A stretch of 58,865 bases of DNA, filler included, from Squatina squatina (taxonomy: Eukaryota), in assembly GCA_031763465.1 (NCBI GenBank). It is 4 parts of 4 records of this genome, joined end to end, with 100 filler letters (N's around TTAATTAATTAA, not from the genome) between each part and the next. Parts side by side here need not be neighbours in the genome. Positions count along the whole stretch, not along the records: positions 17,163 to 31,153 come from JARFOE010000079.1; positions 31,254 to 44,828 come from JARFOE010000230.1; 2 more parts are not named here. One strand, written 5' to 3'. Made by a program: the position numbers and the translations under genes. The stretch's first letter is position 1; each line of letters starts with the position of its first letter. Positions 27,116-36,410 of this stretch are shown piece after piece. The notes below the pieces were generated by a model that was not told the origin of the DNA, ran no database searches, and saw only the letters and a program-made list of their open reading frames with translations.

Positions 27116-27282
27116 GCCTTCTTGAACCGCTGCAGTCCGTGTGGTGAAGGTTCTCCCACAGTGCTGTTAGGGAGGGAGTTCCAGGATTTTGATCCAACGA
27201 TGATGAAGGAAGGGCGATAGGATGGTGTGTGATTTGGAGGGGAACTTGGAGGTGGTGGTGTTCCCATGCGCCTGCTGCCCTT
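27116..27282. mobile_element. LINE 3'-end fragment (CR1/L2 group)
   Basis: Minus-strand SFIIVGSKSWNSLPNSTVGEPSPHGLQRFKK, a WNSLP-type LINE terminus. Confidence 0.6.
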
Positions 27283-27286
27283 GTTC

Positions 27287-27490
27287 GGGTGGCCAGGTGT
27301 CCCGGTTTTGCCGGGACCTTCCCGGTTTTTCACAAAACATCCCGGTGTCCAGACAATTGTTCGAAAATTGCACAAATGTCCCAGTTTTTTGTGCTCACTC
27401 AACTGCGCATGCGTAATCTTGGCAGAGAACTGATTGTGCATGCGCAGTCTGATTGTCCCGGTTTGGCAATCTAAGATCTGGTCTCTGCTA
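27287..27490. mobile_element. hAT-like non-autonomous element (MITE)
   Basis: Starts GGGTGGCCAGGTGTCCCGGTTTT, has repeated TCCCGG subterminal motifs, and ends AGATCTGGTCTCTGCTA as an imperfect inverted end. Confidence 0.5.
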
Positions 27491-27739
27491 ACGCCTCTTC
27501 CCCACCCCCTGATACCTGGTTTGACATTTGATTCTGGATAGAGTGGGTTTGATGATTAATTAAGAGTATCACAAAACATGAATTGGCACAACATTAAAAC
27601 ATATCTTGTTTAATGCTTTGGCTAAAATATGATTTTTTTTCTGTCGTCAGTTTACACCAGTACATTCAGTAAGCCAAGTGACAACACAGTTTTTTTTCTG
27701 CTCTTGTTCAAAAATCTGAAGTTTACTTAATCATTGCAG

Positions 27740-28248
27740 AGCTTGATTTTCTAGACACCACAATGTTTGCTGGAGATTACGACTACCCAGTGAGTACACC
27801 AATTCCTGTTATTACTTCTGAATCGACAACCACGTTAACCACCCCAGAAACCACCACACAGGTGATACCAACACCTGAGACCACAAAAGCTTCAATGATC
27901 CTGTGGAACGATTCAGAGTGGATGCAGGACACCTCTCCAGTTACTCATCTGAGTACTGAAAGTGACCCCACCACAACACAATCTACAGTCAAAACCGAGG
28001 AAACATCTGATCCATGGAATGAAGACGTAAATCACGGCCAGCTGGGATCAACTGAAAAAGACTGTCCTGTTGTAATAGCAAATGGTCGTACTGGTCATCT
28101 TCCCACATACATGTGCATCATCCTGGGTGGAATTCTGCTACTTATAATCATCACATTCCTTTTCAAACGATTCAAAGGATGCTGGAAATGTAAATATTTT
28201 CTCCTTTTTAAAACAAAAGATATAGGTTTCCCCACTAGTGGAGTGTAA
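27740..28248 (+). CDS. Unidentified type I membrane protein exon: Thr/Ser/Pro-rich stalk, TM helix, short tail
   Basis: Phase-1 acceptor tcattgcag at 27739 is in frame with the 161-aa ORF. T/S/P-rich segment, hydrophobic YMCIILGGILLLIIITFLF followed by basic KRFK, stop at 28248. Confidence 0.65.
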
Positions 28249-28403
28249 ATGTACCAGTTGGATGTTACTGAGGCATGCAGACCCAAGAAGATCATGCTCT
28301 CTGNNNNNNNNNNNNNNNNNNNNNNNNNNNNNNNNNNNNNNNNNNNNNNNNNNNNNNNNNNNNNNNNNNNNNNNNNNNNNNNNNNNNNNNNNNNNNNNNN
28401 NNN

Positions 28404-28835
28404 CCTCACACCAGCTGAACGTTCAGAGAGTGGAAGCCCTTTCTATCGGTGAATACTCCAGGGTCTTCATATGGAGCACGAAAAGCTATGTGAAAACAGC
28501 TGATTCCTTGGACCTGTGGGAAGCCAGTAAATCAGGCAAAGCCCAGAGCTCCCTTCTCTTGTTTGGCAGACTCCACAGGAATGATGATGAATGGTTCCAC
28601 CTGTCAGAGTGCATCGGTCACCTATTGCAGCCTAGAATGACCCTGAGGCATAGCCATTGAGGGCCACAGTGACCTATGCTGTGCACGTCATGCTGCTGGG
28701 CTGCAGTTACTGCACAACACGTGGCACAGCTCAGTCACAGCCTTCCTGCTGAAGGAGAGGGCACACTGCTCCTCATTGAAGTTGCAGTACGACATTGTTA
28801 TGGAAGGTGGTGCAAGGCCTTTGTGGTACACTCTA
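28404..28835 (-). mobile_element. Decayed PIF/Harbinger (HARBI1-like) transposase
   Basis: Minus strand reads ...SYCNFNEEQC...FSRKAVTELCH... and [44 protein letters not shown], with stops and frameshifts. Confidence 0.8.
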
Positions 28836-29479
28836 CCCTCTTGTGCCAGTAGCTGCAGGTCTCGGCTTGCTCCTCCAGCCCCAATGGTAGACCCATTTTT
28901 TGGCATTGATGAGTGCANNNNNNNNNNNNNNNNNNNNNNNNNNNNNNNNNNNNNNNNNNNNNNNNNNNNNNNNNNNNNNNNNNNNNNNNNNNNNNNNNNN
29001 NNNNNNNNNNNNNNNNNGTTATAACCTTCTCCGATGGTGCCTAATGTAGCACTGAGCTTTATGCAACAGAAGGTTCCAGGTTTGATTCTCAGTCCGTGCT
29101 GCATTAGCCGCTTTCACTTGGGATGCAAGCCTCCACAGGGTTAGACAGTGGAAAGATCGGCCAGGGTTCCTTTCCTGATTGCTATCAAATGACCCCAATG
29201 AAAAGTGTGCATGGGGTGTGATGAGAACAGTATCAGGTTTATTAGTGAAGCCCTCCAGGGTCAACTTGCCTGCTGATACTCTTGTCTTAGTTTACATGTG
29301 AAGAATGACCACTTGGTAAGATAATGGAGGCCAGTTACTATTTGGGAGCACCGTTGCCATCAAGAGCTGGTGCTTTGAGAAAATAGAAGAAAAAAATGGT
29401 TATTTTGTTTGTATTTCAAACATTTAAAAATTTGCAAGAGTGTTGCTGCTTGTCATTTTTACTTTTTTTTTAATGTTAG

Positions 29480-29580
29480 TTCTAGGCCAGTTGGGAAAGG
29501 TGTTGAAGGACTTGCCAGAGTTGGATCTAGAGCAGCACTTTCATTTGCCTTTGCATTCCTTCGCAGAGCTTGGAGATCAG
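29480..29580 (+). CDS. HERC2: E3 ubiquitin ligase HERC2 exon
   Basis: SRPVGKGVEGLARVGSRAALSFAFAFLRRAWRS(G), donor gtaagg. Acceptor AG ends at 29479, with an alternative in-frame AG ending at 29485. Confidence 0.95.
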
Positions 29581-29685
29581 GTAAGGGATGCTGCGTGGCA
29601 TTGTAGAGTTTTTTTAAGGGTTAATTACAGATTTCATCTTTTCTGAGAGCTCTCTGGGCACATTTTTCTTTCTTTTGGTTTTAAG

Positions 29686-29842
29686 GTGAAGATGCAGACC
29701 TGTGCAGTGAGTTACTGCAGGAATCTCTTGATGCACTTCGTTCTCTCCCAGAAGCATCGTTGTTTGACGAAGGCACCGTGTCCAGCGTGTGGCTCGAAGT
29801 TGTGGAGAGAGCAACAAAATTTCTCAGGTCTGTTGTTACAGG
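29686..29842 (+). CDS. HERC2: HERC2 exon
   Basis: ttaag/gtaagt splice sites; [53 protein letters not shown]. Confidence 0.97.
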
Positions 29843-29945
29843 GTAAGTTGGTATTAACAGACAAGTTAAGTTTGATATTTCAACTAGAAAGTAAATGGTT
29901 ATTTATGGTAATTAATAATTGGCTTAAAATTCTGTGGTTTTTCAG

Positions 29946-30056
29946 TGATCTTCATGGAGCACCAAGCTCTAAGGGGCCAGGGAACATTCCACTTCAAGAC
30001 CAGCACTTAGCTCTTGCAATACTTCTAGAACTGGCTGTGCAAAGGGGAACACTGAG
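29946..30056 (+). CDS. HERC2: HERC2 exon
   Basis: ttcag/gtaagg splice sites; DLHGAPSSKGPGNIPLQDQHLALAILLELAVQRGTL. Confidence 0.97.
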
Positions 30057-30891
30057 GTAAGGAATACAAATTAGTGTGTGTATTCATGCCTAAATCACAT
30101 TACTTTGTAACTGAACAGTTTTATTTCCAAACAGTTGGTGACCCACTCCACCTTAATCATGAAGTGGGAAGGCAGGTGTCAAGTGAATTTGAGGCACTGA
30201 TTGGTTTATTCCAGTTGTTGATATCTATAAAAAATTAGAATTTAATATATGGTGGGGTAAATATCGGTTATGGCCCCTATTCATAGCGTAACCAACAGGG
30301 AGGCCCGAGGATTTAAATAATAAGACCATAAGAAGTAGGAACAGGAGTAGGCCATTCGGCTCCTCGAGCCTGNNNNNNNNNNNNNNNNNNNNNNNNNNNN
30401 NNNNNNNNNNNNNNNNNNNNNNNNNNNNNNNNNNNNNNNNNNNNNNNNNNNNNNNNNNNNNNNNNNNNNNNNTATTGCACTGCTCTTTTTACATGCTTGG
30501 CTATGATGACTTCCATGGTTGAAGGACGCATTGACCTATCCCATGGCACTATCAAGCCTCACACTTAGTGGCCATTTGGATGGGGGCTCTGCACCTCCAA
30601 GAAAGAAGAGGAGGTAAATGGGCTTGTAGAGTTCCAGTCTTACACTCTTAGGATATGTGACTTTTGTTAAATCAAAAAATTAGGCAAAGCAACCTGTTGA
30701 TGAACAGGTTAGACATTAGACAGTGTGTTGGCATTAGTGCATACGAAGCACAGAATGAATGAAGGGCATTTGATCTGTCAAAGCTACTCAAATAGTTTAT
30801 CATTCTTTGAAATATTGACCAATATATCAAATGTGAGAGAGAACCTTGTCTTGAATGCCTCGCTTATTGAATGTTCATTTCCTTTTTATAG

Positions 30892-31057
30892 CCAAATGCT
30901 CTCTGCTGTTTTACTACTACTGCAGCTTTGGGAAAATGGAACCAGAGAAACTGACAATGAACGATCATCACAAGGACCCAGCGCACCACTTTTACCTCTT
31001 CTACAGAGATTCCAGAGTATACAGTGCAGCAAAGACTTGGCAACTGCAGATGAAGAG
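30892..31057 (+). CDS. HERC2: HERC2 exon (3' boundary at 31057 or 31063)
   Basis: Acceptor tttatag; QMLSAVLLLLQLWENGTRETDNERSSQGPSAPLLPLLQRFQSIQCSKDLATADEE; two GT donors 6 nt apart. Confidence 0.93.
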
Positions 31058-31153
31058 GTATAGGTAGACTTGTGAAAGTGCTTTTCGTGGCATGTCAGTG
31101 AAGTGTTTCATGCTTTTGTCTTGCACTGTTGGTATGAAATACAAAGGGTTCAG

Positions 31154-31253
31154 NNNNNNNNNNNNNNNNNNNNNNNNNNNNNNNNNNNNNNNNNNNNTTA
31201 ATTAATTAANNNNNNNNNNNNNNNNNNNNNNNNNNNNNNNNNNNNNNNNNNNN
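31154..31253. other. Artificial scaffold spacer N44-TTAATTAATTAA-N44
   Basis: Identical to the spacer at 17063. Confidence 0.97.
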
Positions 31254-34200
31254 ATATTGTTGATTCAGGCTAGCTACAACCTGCATTCCTCTCTTATATT
31301 AGGTGTAGTTCAATGTGACATTCAGCATAACTGACTCAAAAGCAGATTGACACAATAGCATTCCCTTGTAAATGTGTTTTGTATTGAAAAGTGTTTTAAA
31401 TGTTCAAAACCTTGTAAAAACATTACAGTATTATGCCTTCTGTGCAGCTTGATCTTGTCCAAAATAATATGGTTCCTGTACCCAGGAAATATAGCCAGTG
31501 AATTCCAGTAGTGTTTTCTGTCGAAGTATCGTTAAGTGTGTGAGATAATGTACATTGTTTAAATCAATCTACAGAGTGTTATAATGTGATAGTGCCTTGA
31601 TCTTGCAGGAGTTCTTCAGTGGGGTTGTTTGAAATGCAAAAAACTGCTTTTATTCAGGAATGGAATGCTGTATCTGCAGAAACTATTGGATGGGGATGAT
31701 GAGTGGATACATGGCAGTGATCCAACTAAGGGGCTCAGGTGATGCCAAAAACCACTAAGGCAAACTTGAAATGATTTGTCAGTTACCTGAATCCCGAGAT
31801 TGCTTCACTGCCTGAAATTGTCTGCCACCCCATCCAGTATATTTTATATTGCTTGGATTTTGTGTTTTTTCTTTCCTTGTTGCTGCCGTCACTATATTTG
31901 CTGCCGATGCTATTTCTTTGCCACTGTGCCACCTTGGGTGATGAGGCAAAAGATGCAAGATCTCTCAGATTATCAGATTAACCACACAAAGAAATGTAGG
32001 ACTTCACAGAACATTGGATCGATTCTGACAGTGAATTACAAAGGAATTCATCACTCTCCGTACAATTTAAAGGAATATACAGCGGGCTCCCAGGGCTGAG
32101 AATGAGAAGCAAAGAGCAAAAATGATTGCAATGCATTCAGCATAATTTTCAAGACTGGTGTCGGGGACTTGATACATAATTGTTTTTGTAACTTTATGCT
32201 CAAACTGGTAAGATTGTCTTGCATCTGATAAATTCCACCCTTGTCTCTCCATTTCTCATCTCCTGAGGGAAAAAAGTATGGAGATATAGGGGCTGGTTTT
32301 CTTGTCCATGGGTGCCCAGAATGTAGAAACATATCTGAAGAGTGTTCCATCTGCAATGATCTGAATTTTCCTGTATTTCTGGCCACTTACATGGGCCTCT
32401 GATGTAGACCTAGACCCTGGCATGGTCCAACACCTGGAAGCTGGGGAGGAAAATCAGAGCCGCTATAGGCCTCTCAGGCCTGCAACATTGGGAACAGCCA
32501 GTGTAATCAAAGATTCCTGATTGCTATCCAAAAACAGCCAGTAGGCATCCATCACCAATCCGTGTCCCTGGAAGAAAAAAGGGGCTTATCTTTGGTCCTG
32601 TTGTCTTAGCTTCCTACTCCTCTCTGATGAGACAGAGTCTGGGCCTAAGGCCCATTTCTTCTGGGTAACTCTTAAAATGAGTGTCTTTCCAGGACTGGGG
32701 GAGTAAAATAAGACGTGAGAACTGGGAATGTCACCTTCTGTCTCATTACAGTATTCCTGGTGTGCACTAATTGGAGGTGCAGGCACCCCGCCCTGGCTTG
32801 GGGGAACTCCCAGGGCAACACAAAGAGGGTGGAGACCCAACATTATGGGTCTCTACCCTTTTTTATACACTTTGTTCCTAGGGAATTAGTTTACTCCAGT
32901 CACAAAGCTGTGCAGGAAAATCGGCCCCAAAGTCTTTTGCCCATTATGTACCACACCCTTGGTGATTACTGCAGTAACAATGTGAAATTCTAGAAGAGAT
33001 ATGTTTGACCTCTGATGTTAATTCTTACTGTTAATGAGTAATAAACAGTTTTGAACTGAAGGCACTATGTTAGATTCCTTTTTGTAAATAAACTGTGGAA
33101 AGCTAAGTGCAGTGCGCCANNNNNNNNNNNNNNNNNNNNNNNNNNNNNNNNNNNNNNNNNNNNNNNNNNNNNNNNNNNNNNNNNNNNNNNNNNNNNNNNN
33201 NNNNNNNNNNNNNNNNNNNCTTCATCTTTCTCAGATCCAAAGTGGATGACCTCACATTTTTCCACATTGAACTCCATCTGCCATAGTTTTGCCCATTCAC
33301 GAGTTCTGTCTATGTCTCTTAGTAATTTCCTGCTCCCATCTATGCAACGTAGTTTGCCTTCTAACTGTGGGAAAGAAAGAAAAAAAGTGCATTTGAAACT
33401 TTCTGGACCTTACAACACTGACAAACACCTTTCAGTTGTGTTATTGTTTCTGATTTGGTGATAACGCTAGATTGCCAAGCATTCATCTTCCTGTCAAAAT
33501 TTCACAAGAAGCATTTCACCCTGATGTTTATAAGCTAGACAATGAAGTATCACGTTTGCTATAAGCAAAATAGTAAAAGATTCTCCTCAAATTACTGCGA
33601 GATATGGCATCTTCAGCAATACTTTTAATCAAATTCAGAAATCCCTCAGTTGAAAGGAATCATGTGGATGTTTGACATTGTTTTCAGTGAGCAATAGTCC
33701 TTTCTGATTTAGATTTTATGTCATACTGCCTGGAGAAACAGGCTATCTTATAAAAAAGTTTTTAACTCCCAACAAGATTTGCATTTGTTCCCCTATTGCA
33801 GGCTTTTGTCGACAGCAGTCAAGGATCACCTAAAAACCAACACAGTACACAAACACTGAAATAATCAGCATTCTGGCTGACATTTTGCAGGCTTGATCCA
33901 TGTGGGTATAATCACTCAACACTTTACAGCAATGCATGACGCAGATCTATCGAGAATGAATAAAGCTGAGAAAATGTCTCTTCCCAGGGGACTTGGTGAC
34001 TCACTGACTTCCTGCGTCATTCATTCTTTGACTGAATGAGCTGCTCCATTCCACAGTGACAGTGCAAAGGTATTACAACATTTCAGCCTGTCTGGAGAAT
34101 GATGTTAATGTAGAGCTATTGATGAAACAGCATATCAGGCTCCCATTCTTGTTATTCATTTCAGTCAATTTATTTTGGTCTAACATTTTGTGAACACAAT

Positions 34201-35379
34201 GATTTGGGAAAACATCTGGGAAAACAACAGGGCTTTAATTATACCTGGGTGGCAATCAACAATTCACCTGACCTTTAGTCAAATATGGTGCATATTTTAC
34301 TATTGAACAGGGATAGATTTGTGCAAAAATCATTTGGTGCTACAAATACAACTATTTGCCTCATAGCATATTGCACCGGCTAGTTTAGAATTATCTTAAA
34401 TCCTACACCCAAAATAATTATAATAAACAAAGAAATAAAGAGCTGTTACCATCAACAGCCTGTAGCCATGAACATGTCTAGCTGGAAACAAAGTGATAGG
34501 GCTATAGTGGAATACCTGTATGGAGGCCACTAACATTTGACATGGTATGTTTTCTGCATCTAGCTTCCTGAAGCATCCCCAGAGTACTCTACAGACAGTT
34601 AAATGAACTACATGTGTAATGCTGATTTACAGATTTGCCTGGAGCCAATTAATAGCTACTACATCATGACTCATTATGCCAGGAGAATTATTTAATGGTC
34701 TTTAAAATGACTGCTCCCAGCATAAGAGCTGTTGTGAAGTACTTTTTAAAAGTAGGCCAACTGTCTTCAGGAGACAGTTCTCTTGACTAAAGGGGAAAAG
34801 ATAATGATAGAGATGGTGGTTATGATTATTCAAGGACTGTTTGATGAGCACCTAACTAATGGGTTGCTTGGTAGACCTGTAGAACAAGAGTGTGCACAAC
34901 TACACCATGTAGAAAGAAAGCTGACACATGATAATATAACAAAATAAATGAGTTATACCGATCTCGTTAGACGAACTGAAAAAGAGCTCTTTTGTAAGGT
35001 TATGAACTGAAGTTATCGATAAGTTCAATTAAATTCTCCTTACATGGAGCTATATTTTAGCTTTAGGTTTATGATGTAATGCAGAAACGTGCTATCTATC
35101 ATTCAGCCAGAGTGAGAGAAATGTATACAGTGACAGTTTGTAATGAACATCTGGATTCAAAAGGGTTTGATCAGCCTAAAATACTGAGCTCAGAACTGCA
35201 ACACGTTTGAGTCTCCAACCATTATCTTTTAAGTGTAAGTTTAAGTTCTGCTGTATGCACTTTATGCTAAATAAATCTATGAATGCTTAAGCTCAACATT
35301 TTAAGAATCTTATTGTTTTTGAGAAATAGGACATCTAATCATAAAGATAACCCATCCTCTAACACAGGCAAGAGCTCTT

Positions 35380-35566
35380 TGATTCTCTTGTGGAGCAGAT
35401 GAAGGCTGCCAAGCAGGTCCTGTTCTCCTCGGATTGCAGGAAGGTGCCCAAGCAGATGCTGCAGCAGGCCTGAGGGAGGTGGCAGACAATGTCAACGTCC
35501 ACAGCATCACCCCAGGATATTCGTTCAGTGCCGCAACCACTTCAATAACCTGACCCGGACAACAAG
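35380..35566 (+). mobile_element. Decayed Myb/SANT-like DNA-binding exon of a PIF/Harbinger transposon
   Basis: LVEQMKAAKQVLFSSDCRKVPKQMLQQA*-EVADNVNVHSITP-FVQCRNHFNNLTRTTR then donor gtgaga. Matches the trihelix pattern AW.EVA..VN...R...QCRK.FNDL, with a stop and frameshifts. Confidence 0.7.
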
Positions 35567-35759
35567 GGTGAGAATGATATCTTCCTAGCTCTATTTCGCT
35601 GTATTCAACTTGGTTACAGCACTTCCCCTCCCCCAGCACACCAAACACTTCTCTCCACCACATGGATCTCCATCAATCACAAAAGGGCACTGTAGAAACT
35701 CTTCTTCGCATTCCAGTCACACGCTCATGCAGTATGGAGGCATCAGGAAACCAGGCACA

Positions 35760-36410
35760 GGCCTGTGTGATGGGCTGGTGGTGATCACTCACCAGCTGAA
35801 CATTGATGGAGTGGTAGGTAGTCTTTCCTGTTCATGAAAGCTGCTGGCTCATTGGGTAGTGCCCTGGCGCCGACATGGATGCAGTCATTCACAGCCTGAT
35901 CTTGTGGGGAAGTCAGCTATGGTAGTAAAGCCTACAAGCCCTTTTCTGCTGGCATCCATGGGGAAGGTTATAATATCTTTGCTCTTGGCAAAGAGGGCAT
36001 CAGTAACCAGTTAGATTCAGGCATGAACTGCAGACTGACTAATGCAGCCTGGAAAAAGCCCAATGTGGAAAAAAAAGTTGAGGGTTATAGCCAGTTTGAC
36101 AGCCACAGGCAATGCACGGCAAGCTGAGAGAGTGTGTTGTGGTCTTGTGGTAAGAGGCTGCACCAGTCCGTAATAGCCTCTTCAGCCTCATGATGTACTG
36201 CTCCTCAGAAAACTAGAGGTAACTGACTCTGGGCCTATAGACCTTATGGGCAGGGTAAGGACACCTGCCAGCAGTCCTCCTCATGTGTGGTCTCCTCAGA
36301 GCCCCAGTTGCAGCTCCTTGAGGTTCCCCAGCTTGCTGCTGCTGTTCCTCGTGCGCCTGTTGCTTTTCTTCCCCCAGCCACACACGAGTGCCCAGGATGG
36401 CACTCATCTT
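35760..36410 (-). mobile_element. Decayed HARBI1-like DDE transposase
   Basis: Minus strand reads PYPAHKVYRPRVSYL*FSEEQ, ALPVAVKLAITLNFF, SQSAVH, VTDALF, DCIHV, FMNRK and YHSINVQLVSDH, in the Harbinger transposase motif order. Confidence 0.85.

Noticed and set aside
25146-27147. Antisense and alternative-frame ORFs overlapping MPEG1
   Set aside because: Expected shadow ORFs of a GC-rich coding sequence, with no independent protein features.
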